IMG/VR virus record: IMGVR_UViG_3300033066_002431
Span: 1 to 64,000 of that record
DNA from: a virus
Lineage: Duplodnaviria > Caudoviricetes
DNA length: 64,000 nt
Reading direction: 5' to 3' (one strand)
Shown one piece after another: positions 47,197 through 56,343 of this stretch. Every line of letters begins with the position of its first letter. The first letter of the stretch is position 1. The translations under genes were made by a program, and so were the position numbers. The notes beneath the pieces were generated by a model. The model was not told where the DNA came from. It worked only from the letters and a program-made list of their open reading frames with translations, and ran no database searches.

Positions 47197-47598
47197 ATGA
47201 ACGACTCCCCTCCCATGACCATTCTTTCGGCTCGCGCCCTGTGCGTGACGGTGCTCCTCGCCATCTTCCTCTCGGGGTGCGGCGCACCGCTGGCGAATGC
47301 CACCATCGCCGTGAACGACACGCGGTCGTTCCTCACCGTCGCGCACGAGAGCATCGACGAGCGGTGTGTCCCCGCCTACCAGGCGGCCAAGACGCCCGAC
47401 GACATCGCGGCCGCGGACAAGGTCTGTCTGCCGGCGCGAACGGTTTACCTCACCACGCGCGCGGCCTGGATGTCGGCGGGCGCCGTCGTGCTGGCGGTGC
47501 GCTCGGGTGGTGACCCGAGATTGCTGGGCCCGGTGATGCTTCGAATGGCAGAAGGCGTCACGGCGCTCGTGAACGCCATCCACGAGGTGTCGAAGTGA
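47197..47598 (+). CDS. Helical lipoprotein
   Basis: GGAG SD; VLLAIFLSGC lipobox; amphipathic helices. Confidence 0.75.
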   Translation: MNDSPPMTILSARALCVTVLLAIFLSGCGAPLANATIAVNDTRSFLTVAHESIDERCVPAYQAAKTPDDIAAADKVCLPARTVYLTTRAAWMSAGAVVLAVRSGGDPRLLGPVMLRMAEGVTALVNAIHEVSK

Positions 47599-47780
47599 TC
47601 CCCGCGAACGCCGTGAAGGGCGTGATCGAGCTTCTGACCGTGCTCGATCCGCTGTTCGAGCTTGGCGGGAAGCTCATCGAAGAAGCGATGAAGCAGGCGC
47701 CCGAGCTGAACCAGGCGCCCGTGCCCGCTCTCGAGGAGATGGACGCCGCGCGGGCGGGCGCGCTGAAGCGCGTAGGCTAG
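47595..47780 (+). CDS. Small helical protein
   Basis: GTGA coupling with the lipoprotein gene. Confidence 0.6.
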   Translation: MIPANAVKGVIELLTVLDPLFELGGKLIEEAMKQAPELNQAPVPALEEMDAARAGALKRVG

Positions 47781-48112
47781 TCGTCGATCTGCGACTTGTA
47801 GAGCTCGCGAATGTCGTCCAGCGCCTTCGCCCACAACGCGTTGGAGTCGCACTGCATGTGCGTGGGCCACATGACGGACATCGTCCACATGTACCAGTCG
47901 AGCGCGATCTCTCGCAGCACGTGAGGCGGAGGCATGGCCCTCAGGCCTTTCATGCGGATCTCGAGAGCGATCATCGTCGGCTCCGCGACGGCCGACAAGA
48001 AAGCTGCCTCGTCGGGGACGCTGTCCCGATTCCAATCGAGGCACGACGTGATGGTCGTCATCGGCAGGCGACCTTTGAGGTCTTCGAACGAGGCATAGAG
48101 GTTGTTGGTCAT
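47777..48112 (-). CDS. Truncated paralogue of the gp36-like head-tail adaptor
   Basis: YASFEDLKGR, CLDW.R, SAVA.P, EIALDWYMW, PTHMQ.D...LW.K align with ORF 25770-26252. Confidence 0.85.
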   Translation of the reverse strand: MTNNLYASFEDLKGRLPMTTITSCLDWNRDSVPDEAAFLSAVAEPTMIALEIRMKGLRAMPPPHVLREIALDWYMWTMSVMWPTHMQCDSNALWAKALDDIRELYKSQIDD

Positions 48113-48146
48113 GCCGTTCACGTAGTCACGAACCACAGGAGATCCA
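48113..48146 (-). promoter_or_regulatory. Class-A leaderless promoter for the adaptor paralogue
   Basis: Minus strand TGGATC-N16-TACGTG-N6-ATG with CGTGACTA, same geometry as the left-arm promoters. Confidence 0.6.
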
Positions 48147-48340
48147 TGAGTCGCTTCATCACCTTCGCGCTGGCGCTCTTCTGCCTCTGCACGCCTTCCA
48201 ACCCGGAGCCGGCCTGCGCGCTCACCCCAACGTGCGTGCTCGACGCTCCCGGCCAGCCTCCCGCGCCGGCGGGCACCCCCTGTGGTGATGGCACCTGCGA
48301 TGGTGCCGGTCTCTGCTGTCCCGCCTCGAACCAGCCTTGA
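48146..48340 (+). CDS. Small secreted Cys-rich peptide
   Basis: AGGAG SD; hydrophobic signal; GTPCGDGTCDGAGLCC. Confidence 0.7.
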   Translation: MSRFITFALALFCLCTPSNPEPACALTPTCVLDAPGQPPAPAGTPCGDGTCDGAGLCCPASNQP

Positions 48341-48379
48341 GCTTCGCGCTCCCCCGCCGGCTGGCTCTTCCTCCCTCCG

Positions 48380-48889
48380 CTACTCGCTCGTCCCGTTCAG
48401 CGCCCGCACGAGGTCACCGATCGTCCACGGGCCAGCCTTCAGAAGCTCCGTGGCACGCTCGACGATCTCCTTGTTGAGGTCGTCGTCCGCGTCGAACGTG
48501 ATGGTGACATGCTCGTCGTCCTTGTCGATGGACCGTGGCTCGCTCGCGTTCATCTCGCTCCGCAGCGCCTCGAAGCACGCCTTGGCGGCATCCTCGCCCC
48601 CTTGCTCGGCGCCACGGTAGCGCGCCTCGAGACTCCGCATCGCGTCCACGAACGGGACTGAATGGTCCCGGATCGCCCGGTAGCAGCCGATCAGTCGTGG
48701 GTTCGCGTCGGCCATCACAACGCGGCGCCCCTCCTTCAGCCAGTGGATCGCGAGCGCGCCGGCCCCCGTGAAGACGTCGAATGCGCGCCCCCTCGGCGAT
48801 GGTGATGGGATCCGTTCGGAGTAGAGGACGGGGAGCCAGCGCTTCGAGCCGGGCCACCGTCCGAGCGAGTCGACGTCAGCGGGCAGCAC
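48380..48889 (-). pseudogene. dam: Dam-family (D12 class) adenine methyltransferase, N-terminal half only
   Basis: RWPGSKRWL, DVFTGAGAL, ADANPRLIGCY, LRSEMN motifs; no DPPY motif seen in the downstream frames; ends in unrelated sequence. Confidence 0.75.
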
Positions 48890-49577
48890 GGGCCGCCACA
48901 GCTTGCCTGCGCGCGACCTCGATCACCTGGCGGATCAACGTCTGCGTGGTCTCGCCCCGCTTGGCGGCGTCCACGCGCAGCCGTGCCGCGTCCACCGCCC
49001 TCACGGAAAAGGTGGTCTGCGTCTTCGGCTCGGTAGTGTCGGAGGCCTCGGGGAAGGTCTCGGCCGCGGCGAGGAGCTTCGCGACCGTCCCGTCCGGTTG
49101 CGACCGGATCCACGCGAGCTGTTTCGCGGTGAGGCTCGTGTTCATCGTCTCGCGCGGGTCCTCGGAGCGTCCGCTACCGATCGGGGGGAGCAAGTCCTCG
49201 AACGCCTGCGACAGCGCGGTCGACCCGCGGATCTCCGTCATCACGTCGCGCTCGCTCCGGCCGGTGATGGTCGTGAGCTTCTCGATCACCAGCTCGCGCG
49301 CAGCGGCTCGCGTGGAAAGGCTCTTCTCGGTCGCGTACCTGGCGACCTCGCCGTCCAGGAAGCTCACCTTGCGGAGCACCCGCGCGAGCGGCTTGCGCTT
49401 GCGTGCGATGTCCGCGCGGGTCTTCTCGAGGGCCGCCGCGATCACCGGGTTCGTTTCGATATGGTGGTAGATGGCCTGCCGCGAGACGTTCAGCTCGGTC
49501 GCGGCCGCGGACACGCTGCCTCCGTGCTGTTGGAGTGCGCTGACGATCTTCTCGGTGGTGGTGTTCGCGGTGGTCAT
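48876..49577 (-). CDS. Regulator with Fis-like HTH and ribbon-helix-helix-like repeats
   Basis: ALQQHGGSVSAAATELNVSRQAIYHHI; C-terminal TFSV....AARL...A..RGET...LIRQVIE. Confidence 0.7.
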   Translation of the reverse strand: MTTANTTTEKIVSALQQHGGSVSAAATELNVSRQAIYHHIETNPVIAAALEKTRADIARKRKPLARVLRKVSFLDGEVARYATEKSLSTRAAARELVIEKLTTITGRSERDVMTEIRGSTALSQAFEDLLPPIGSGRSEDPRETMNTSLTAKQLAWIRSQPDGTVAKLLAAAETFPEASDTTEPKTQTTFSVRAVDAARLRVDAAKRGETTQTLIRQVIEVARRQAVAARAAR

Positions 49578-49629
49578 GGGATCCCCCGCACCATAGGTGC
49601 GCTGGACAGTGCTGCAACACGGGGATGGT

Positions 49630-52600
49630 TCACCCGTCGGTGAGGCGGTTGTAGAGCGCGCGGCCAAGGTCGGTCTCGAAGGCGGCCGACTCGCCGACGC
49701 CGGCCACCTCGAAGGCGGCGCTCGCGTCGATCCCGTCCGTTGCTTCGGCGACGACGCGCTTCTTCTGCAAGAGGTCGTTCGCGTCGGCCTGGATGGTGCC
49801 GCCGTAGACGAAGATCAGGAAGTCCACCTCTTCCGTCTGGCCGATGCGGACGAAGCGGCCGCGGAACTGCCGGAGCAATGTCGGATCGTTGTTCGGATCA
49901 TCGTAGATGCAGACCGTCGAGAAGTGCCCCACCAAGACGTTGAGGCCCTCGGGCAGGGCGGCCGGGTTGCACACGAGGATCCGCGCGCCGTTCTCCTTGG
50001 CGTCGATCACCCATTCACGGCGGTTCTTGGCCGACACCTTCTTCGCGTCGAGATGCGCGATGGTGACGCCGGTCGCCTTCAGGATGCGCGCGAGCCGCTG
50101 TCCGAGCGCCGTGCGCACCGTCGCGACCACCACGTTGCGACCGCGCTCCAGAGCGGCACGGACCTCGCGCACGAGAGCCTCTTCCTTGGGGAGGAGCACC
50201 TTCGGGTCCATGCCGGGCTCGACGTGCAGCACGTGCGACTCACCGGCCATGTCCGTGTCTTCGGGGTAGGCGATCGTCCAGTCTCCGCCTGCGGTGTTGC
50301 CGAGGTCCGCCGTCGCGTGGTCGTAGTACCGGGGGAGGTGTCCGAGCGCCCCGAAGAGCTTGCCCGCTCGCCCTGCCTTGAAGCGGTCTTTCCCGATCGC
50401 CTCGCAGATTTTCCGCTGCATGAGGTCGGCGGCCTTCTTCATGGGCTCGCTCGGCGCGCACGACACGAGGCGCTCGTGAACGGGCGGGAGCGCGATCTCA
50501 AGGTCCGCGAGCTGCACGACCACGGAGATCGGCAGCAAGAAGCGCATGACCGCGGTGGGGAGCACGCCAGGGGCCGCGCCAGTCGTGCGCTCGCGGGTCG
50601 TCACGCGGTCGCTGTGCGTCCCGAAGACGACGCGCTTCTTGTTCTCGTCGACTTGCTCGACAACCTGCACGAGGAAGCCGTAGCGCCGCTCGAACTCGCC
50701 AACGTCGCCGTGCTCGAACTCCTGACGGAAGCGGCTCGACAAGTGCCAGAGCAGCACGAAGAGCGTGCGCGCGTAGCCGTTCATCACCGATCCGGTGAGG
50801 GCGATTACGGGGATTTTGCGGCGCGATCGAAGGCTCAAGAGCCTTGATGCCGCGCGGCTTTGTGCGCTGTCGCCGTTCTGGAACTTATGGAATTCGTCGA
50901 TGATCATGAAGTCGAACAGGTGGGGTGCTCGCTTCAGGATGTACTTCGCAAGGGACACGCGCCGTGGGTTTGGGACCGCCTGGTAGAGCAACTCTCCGCA
51001 CGTCTCTTCCTCCCACGCAGCGACCGTGGCGAGCCGCTCGATCGCGAACTTCAGGGCGTCGTCCGAGCCGCGCTTCCTGCCATCCAAGAGAGGCTCGTCG
51101 CCGTCGCAGCCGAAGCCGCGGAGGTCGTACGGGAAGGGGTCGCCGTTCTTCCACTCGGCTTTCCACTTCCCATCTCGGCGGAGCTTGTTCGCGGTGAGGA
51201 TCTCGCTCCCGTTGAACAGCCGGTGAGGCTTGTTCCAGGCGTCGTGCCCCTCGTAGCGGCGCATCTCGCCGAGCGTGGACGCGATGAGGGGCGACGACGG
51301 CGGCAGCAAGAGCAGCGTCTTTGCGGCGACGTCACGCACGCCCGCATCGTCACCGCCCCCGTAGCCGGCGCTCCGGCTTTCGAGCGTCGAACGGAAGAGC
51401 CGCATCGCCTCGCGCACGATCAAGGCGTCATCGCCGAGCGCGTGCAGCACGTTCCAGTATGCGAGCCGGAGGGTGGTCCCGCGCTCGTCGTACTTCGTGG
51501 TCTTCTCCACAAGACGCCGGAGAGGCTTCACGATGCCCCGCACCACGCCTGCAAGGTCGCGCCAGTCGGCGTCCTCCCGTCGCCACGCGCGCCGGAGGAT
51601 GCGACCGCCCACGCGCCGGCATGCGTCTCGAAGCTGCGCGTCGTCGAGCTTGCCGCCGAGCACCGTCAGGCGAGCCAAGATGCGCGCCGGCCCGTTCGCG
51701 GGGGTCGTGATCGTGGTGCCGCACGACAGCCGTTGCTCGGCGAGCTTCTCGCGGCTCTCCGCCTGGAGAGCACCGCACGCCCCGCACCGTGCGACGCCCT
51801 CCCACGCATGGCCGAGCTTCGCGGGCTCCTTCGAGAGCACGGCGATCTCCATGCCCTCCGCGCGCATCTCGGCGAAGGCGTCGATGTCGTTCACGCTCTC
51901 CAGGAACGTCACGCGCGCGTCCGGGAGCACCTTCGCCACCTCGCTCTTCCACTCGGGCAAAAGCGACGTCGGACAGAGCACGAGGACCTTCCCGACGCCC
52001 CCGAGGTAGTAGTACGCGGCGAGCAAGCTCATCCGGGTCTTGCCGACACCGATCTGTCCGAGCAACACGGCCGCCCGGTCCGGTTCCTCGAGTAGCCGTA
52101 GAAGCGCGCGAACACCGTCCTCCTGTCCGCCGAGGAGCGGATCCGGCGACACGGGGAAGAGCAGCCGATCCTTGTCCTCCTCGCGCGTCGGGTCGTAGAG
52201 AAGCTCGCACCGCGCGCGAAGGGCATCGAGCATGCTGCCGCTGTAGCGCGCGAGGAGATCGCCCACGGACCACTGCGCGGGATCCTCGTGACCGGACGGC
52301 TCCACGCTGGACACAAGCCGGTGATACCGACCCCGCGAGAGGTCCAAGATCGACAGTTGAAGCTCGGGATGGTGTTGCCGCTCTTCCGCGACGCGCTCCC
52401 CCTTCGCTTCCTTCCACCGGAGGTGCCGGAACGTGCGCCGGTGAACGCCCTTCAGGAGAAGCTCCGGTCCGCGCTGGCCCGCGTCGGGGGTGAGGCGCGC
52501 CCCAGAGAGGATGCCCGCACCGGCGGCCATGGCGATGTGCGCCGGCCGTGGTGGGCACGCCAGACGCAGCCGCGGGGCCATGATCTCCGTGTACGGGTCT

Positions 52601-53475
52601 TCGGGCTCCACGTTCGCGACGGCTTGCCGCTGCCCGGCGCGATCGGTGATCGTCCACGGCTGGTAGGCGGCGAGGATGGAGAGCAAGTCGACCTCACCCA
52701 TCTTCCACGAAGGGGCCGCGGTCTCCGTCACCTTCACGGTGAGGTGTGCCCGGTGAAGGCCCTTCACGGGAAGCTCCGGGATGCTGGCGGCGTCCGCGCT
52801 CCACGCGCGCACCTGAGCAGCGATCGACGGCTCCGGCGTCGCCAAGGTCATCCGGCGCCGGCCGACGAGCACGACCTGCTTGAAGGCCTCGAAGTGGGGC
52901 GCGGGGACACGCCAGCACGCCACGTCCTCGAAGTGCCGTGCGATGGTGTCCGCGCTGTCGGCGAGCGTGTAGAACGGCACGAAGTGAAGGATCGCGCCCC
53001 CCACCGTCACGAGCGGGGCGAAGCGGCGAAGCCAGCGCTCTTCGAGCCGGCGGTACTGGCGATCGAAGTCGTACGGGCAGTTGTGCCAGAGGATGTGGAC
53101 GCCCTCGTTCGGGCTGTTGGCCAAGAGGAACGAGTCGCCGTGCGCGATCTCGTGCGAGAAGCCCGAGAACTGCCCGCTGTAGAGCGCGTTCCGAAGGCTG
53201 TGCCCGCGGGTCTCTTCCATCTCGCAGGCGAACACCTTCGCGTGCTGGCCCCATTGGGCTTCGCGACTGTCCTTCGGGCCGGAGAGCATGCCGGCCATCT
53301 GGATCCACTCGCGAGCGAGACCGACGACGGCATCGCCGGTGCCCGCGCACGGGTCCGCTACGAAGAGCTTCTCGCCGGCCTTCATGCTCACGCGCACGGT
53401 GGACGCGAGCGCGCGGTAAAGCTCGGGTGGTGCGGGGTAGAAGCCCCCCAGTGCAGTGCTCTCCGGTCTCGCCAT
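49630..53475 (-). CDS. DUF6094-like methyltransferase fused to SNF2-family helicase
   Basis: GFYPAP, DPCAGTGDA, HNCPY (NPPY-like); helicase motifs GVGKT, CPTSL..EW, IIDEFH, LTGS, EGLN, Q..GR..RIGQ. Confidence 0.85.
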   Translation of the reverse strand: MARPESTALGGFYPAPPELYRALASTVRVSMKAGEKLFVADPCAGTGDAVVGLAREWIQMAGMLSGPKDSREAQWGQHAKVFACEMEETRGHSLRNALYSGQFSGFSHEIAHGDSFLLANSPNEGVHILWHNCPYDFDRQYRRLEERWLRRFAPLVTVGGAILHFVPFYTLADSADTIARHFEDVACWRVPAPHFEAFKQVVLVGRRRMTLATPEPSIAAQVRAWSADAASIPELPVKGLHRAHLTVKVTETAAPSWKMGEVDLLSILAAYQPWTITDRAGQRQAVANVEPEDPYTEIMAPRLRLACPPRPAHIAMAAGAGILSGARLTPDAGQRGPELLLKGVHRRTFRHLRWKEAKGERVAEERQHHPELQLSILDLSRGRYHRLVSSVEPSGHEDPAQWSVGDLLARYSGSMLDALRARCELLYDPTREEDKDRLLFPVSPDPLLGGQEDGVRALLRLLEEPDRAAVLLGQIGVGKTRMSLLAAYYYLGGVGKVLVLCPTSLLPEWKSEVAKVLPDARVTFLESVNDIDAFAEMRAEGMEIAVLSKEPAKLGHAWEGVARCGACGALQAESREKLAEQRLSCGTTITTPANGPARILARLTVLGGKLDDAQLRDACRRVGGRILRRAWRREDADWRDLAGVVRGIVKPLRRLVEKTTKYDERGTTLRLAYWNVLHALGDDALIVREAMRLFRSTLESRSAGYGGGDDAGVRDVAAKTLLLLPPSSPLIASTLGEMRRYEGHDAWNKPHRLFNGSEILTANKLRRDGKWKAEWKNGDPFPYDLRGFGCDGDEPLLDGRKRGSDDALKFAIERLATVAAWEEETCGELLYQAVPNPRRVSLAKYILKRAPHLFDFMIIDEFHKFQNGDSAQSRAASRLLSLRSRRKIPVIALTGSVMNGYARTLFVLLWHLSSRFRQEFEHGDVGEFERRYGFLVQVVEQVDENKKRVVFGTHSDRVTTRERTTGAAPGVLPTAVMRFLLPISVVVQLADLEIALPPVHERLVSCAPSEPMKKAADLMQRKICEAIGKDRFKAGRAGKLFGALGHLPRYYDHATADLGNTAGGDWTIAYPEDTDMAGESHVLHVEPGMDPKVLLPKEEALVREVRAALERGRNVVVATVRTALGQRLARILKATGVTIAHLDAKKVSAKNRREWVIDAKENGARILVCNPAALPEGLNVLVGHFSTVCIYDDPNNDPTLLRQFRGRFVRIGQTEEVDFLIFVYGGTIQADANDLLQKKRVVAEATDGIDASAAFEVAGVGESAAFETDLGRALYNRLTDG

Positions 53476-53507
53476 GTCGCGCTCTCCCTGTAAAGGTGAA
53501 GAGCGCG

Positions 53508-53536
53508 AAGATAAGAACGCGCGCGCAGTCTGTCAA
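53508..53536 (-). promoter_or_regulatory. Class-B sigma70-type promoter
   Basis: TTGACA-N17-TATCTT. Confidence 0.75.
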
Positions 53537-54426
53537 AACTTCTCGTGCGCCATCACTTCGCGCGCGAGCCATTCCGCGACGTCGGTCTGAGACATCTTGA
53601 AGGCGAGCCCCGGCGCACGGCGCGCGAGCCCCATCCCCGTCTCGGCGAAGTGGACGTCGTGATCGGTGAGGGAGAAGCCCCACCGCTTGCGCTGGCTCCG
53701 CTTCACCTGTCCTCCCCGAAGCGCAGCGAGGAGAAGCCGCGTGCAGAACATCGGGTCCGGGGGGATCGGTAGCTCGCTCCGCTCGTTCAGCGAGGCGGCG
53801 AACCGCACGCTCTCCGCGATGATGGTGCGGCGGTCGACCGTGAACGGGTTCACCGCGAAGGTGTAGTCGTCGCGGCTGTCTTTCTCCGGCCGCTGGTAGA
53901 GCGCGATCAGCCGTTCGAGCGCTCGCAGGTTCGCAGGCGTGTTGAAGCGCGCTGCCTCTTCCTCAAGTCGCTCCGCCGGGAGGGAGAGCACGAACACGAT
54001 CTCGTCGCTGCTCATGCCCGGCTTGAACTCGAAGAGCGGCCGGAGGAAGGCTTCGATCAACGCCATCGGCTGCGGCTCGCCCGCGTGCTCGACGGTGACG
54101 TGCTGGACGGCGAACTCGTAGCCGGCGCTCTTCAGGAAGACGAGCGGGTGACCCTCGCTGCGAGAGGACGACCCCATCCCCATCGCCCGGAGCTTCCGGC
54201 CCGCCCGCACGTTCGCCAGGAAGGCGCTCGCAGCCGCGCGCGAGCACGTGAAGAGCGCGAACGTGGGCCGGAGCGGGTCCTTCTCCGAAAGCTCCCAATA
54301 CCCCTGCGCGTACTGGATAGCGACGAGCATCGCGCCGAAGCTCCGGCCCTTCGGTTCGGAGCGGTACCGACGCCGGCCGGTCGCCTCGCCGGTCTCGACG
54401 AGCACGGGGTAGGGTCCGTCGCTCAC
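53533..54426 (-). CDS. Hypothetical protein adjacent to the methyltransferase-helicase
   Basis: GTG start overlaps the upstream stop; globular composition. Confidence 0.75.
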   Translation of the reverse strand: MSDGPYPVLVETGEATGRRRYRSEPKGRSFGAMLVAIQYAQGYWELSEKDPLRPTFALFTCSRAAASAFLANVRAGRKLRAMGMGSSSRSEGHPLVFLKSAGYEFAVQHVTVEHAGEPQPMALIEAFLRPLFEFKPGMSSDEIVFVLSLPAERLEEEAARFNTPANLRALERLIALYQRPEKDSRDDYTFAVNPFTVDRRTIIAESVRFAASLNERSELPIPPDPMFCTRLLLAALRGGQVKRSQRKRWGFSLTDHDVHFAETGMGLARRAPGLAFKMSQTDVAEWLAREVMAHEKF

Positions 54427-55463
54427 TTCTTCGGCGCCTTCTTCTTCGACGTCGTGACCTCGGCGAGCAGCGGCTTGAACTCGTCGGGGATCTCGCCACC
54501 GAGCCCCCCGGCGATACGAAGCCCGGCCTCGAACGCCCCCATGCGCAGGTTCGTCTTCGCCTGGCGAGCGGCCGCGAGAACCAGCTCCGTCAGCGCGCGC
54601 CGCTCGAGCTTCTTCGGGGCCACCCCTTTCTCGACCGACTTCTTCGCCTTGTCCTTGTTCGTGGCCCGCGTTGCGGCCGCCGTCGTGGTGGCGCCGCTGG
54701 CCATGAGCATCTCGGCGGTCTCGATCTGCTTCTCGGGCATGGCGTCGAGCACCTTGGGGAGGAGCGCGAGCGGGATCTCGCCCGAGTCGAACCGCGGCCG
54801 GAGCGCCGGCACGAGGTTCCCCCAGCGCGACAGAGCCTCCATCTCGGCGGGGGACACGCGCGGGCGCATGCTGCGGAAGACGACGTCCATGTCCGCACCG
54901 CAGCGCTTTGCAGCCGCGATGGAGGCGGCGAGGACGGACGCCGAGTCGGGCAGGTTGCGCGGGTTGTTCGCCTGCAAGCGGGCGATCCAAAGCTCCGCGT
55001 CCGTCCCGGCGAAGGTCTTCAGCTCGACCCAGAGGTGCCAGGGCGCGTCGGCATCCGCCTTCGGATCGGGCGCGAGGGGCGCCGCGCGAGGGGCCGTGCG
55101 CCGGAGGTACGCCTGCACGAGCAGCGCGTTCTTGAGGCGCCGTGCGCCGTCGATCACTTCGAGCACGAGCGTCTCATCGCCGGGGAGCGTGGTCCAGCTT
55201 GCCACGACCTCGCCGGTCTTCTCGTTCACGGTGAAGGTCGGGCGCCCCTCCCTCACGCCGCGCTCGCGCACCGTGAAGTCCTCGGGGATGCCGTGCTTCT
55301 GGATCACCTCCTGAAGCTCCGCGTCGGGCGGGAGCATCCAGCGTGGGTGGGCCGTGTCCCCCTCGGTGATGATCGACAAGCTGTCGATCGTCGCCTTGGT
55401 GATGGAGCCCTTCTTGGTTGGGATGCCCTTCGAGCGGAGACGATCGGATTCGCTGAGACCCAT
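54423..55463 (-). CDS. ParB/Spo0J-like protein
   Basis: EVIDGARRL, ANNPRNL and HTH-like central region. Confidence 0.7.
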   Translation of the reverse strand: MGLSESDRLRSKGIPTKKGSITKATIDSLSIITEGDTAHPRWMLPPDAELQEVIQKHGIPEDFTVRERGVREGRPTFTVNEKTGEVVASWTTLPGDETLVLEVIDGARRLKNALLVQAYLRRTAPRAAPLAPDPKADADAPWHLWVELKTFAGTDAELWIARLQANNPRNLPDSASVLAASIAAAKRCGADMDVVFRSMRPRVSPAEMEALSRWGNLVPALRPRFDSGEIPLALLPKVLDAMPEKQIETAEMLMASGATTTAAATRATNKDKAKKSVEKGVAPKKLERRALTELVLAAARQAKTNLRMGAFEAGLRIAGGLGGEIPDEFKPLLAEVTTSKKKAPKK

Positions 55464-55488
55464 GGTAGTCCTCTTCTGTAGAACGTAC

Positions 55489-55517
55489 GTGATAAGAGCG
55501 CGATTGCGGATTGTCTA
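55489..55517 (-). promoter_or_regulatory. Class-B promoter
   Basis: TAGACA-N17-TATCAC. Confidence 0.7.
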
Positions 55518-55946
55518 TCCGTTCGGCGGCGGCGGGAGGTCGTCCGTGCTGGGGATGGCGCCGCCCGTGCCGACGAGCCGAGCGGCGAGGTCATCGGCGA
55601 CGCGCCCATACCAGATCGCTCCACGCTCGCCGCGCGGCCACGTCTCCGATCGCACCTTCGCGACCGGATCGATACCGAACGCGATGAAGGCGGCGTAGGC
55701 GTGCGAAAGAGCGGACGCCGCCCCCTGAAGATCCAGCCAGCCACGCGACAGGGGAGCCCCGGCATCCATCGCGCACATGTTGTCGGCGAGGACGAGCACG
55801 TGCGCCCGGCTGTAGTCGTCGACCGCGCGCAAGAGGCGGTCCGCCGTGGGAGAGGCGCGGCGACGGGCGCGCTCGTTTTCCTTCTCGGAGTTTTCCTTCT
55901 CGGAGGTGCGGTCGATGGGAGCGGTGAGCGGGTTCACGTGGTCCAT
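55515..55946 (-). CDS. Hypothetical protein
   Basis: AAGGA SD before ATG 55946. Confidence 0.65.
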   Translation of the reverse strand: MDHVNPLTAPIDRTSEKENSEKENERARRRASPTADRLLRAVDDYSRAHVLVLADNMCAMDAGAPLSRGWLDLQGAASALSHAYAAFIAFGIDPVAKVRSETWPRGERGAIWYGRVADDLAARLVGTGGAIPSTDDLPPPPNG

Positions 55947-55956
55947 GGTGGTCCTT

Positions 55957-56337
55957 TCAGGGAGCGAGCATGCGGTAGACGGTGTCGGCGAGGTCGCGCA
56001 CGGAGTCGCACGCCTTCTCGTCGCTGTAGCGGGCCGCCATCCGGTAGCAGAGCGCCATGCGCCGCAGGGCACCAGACAGCGGGATGAGCGTGGCGACGTC
56101 CATCGCCTCGCCCTCCGCGGGGAGGAGCTTCAAGAAGCTTTCCGTGGCGAAGACGGCCATCTCGTGACCGTCGGGGAGAGGCAGCTTGCGAGCACGACGC
56201 ACCACCTCGGCGATGCGTGCCGCGGGGTCGACTTCGGCGACGGCCGACACGGGGACCGGCGTCACGTCCGCCGGGGCGTGCGCCTTCATGTGAGCGGCGA
56301 AATCGCGGGGGTTCATGCGGCACGTTCGGAACGACAT
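55957..56337 (-). CDS. Hypothetical protein (leaderless)
   Basis: ATG 6 nt after TATCAC. Confidence 0.7.
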   Translation of the reverse strand: MSFRTCRMNPRDFAAHMKAHAPADVTPVPVSAVAEVDPAARIAEVVRRARKLPLPDGHEMAVFATESFLKLLPAEGEAMDVATLIPLSGALRRMALCYRMAARYSDEKACDSVRDLADTVYRMLAP

Positions 56338-56343
56338 GGGTAA

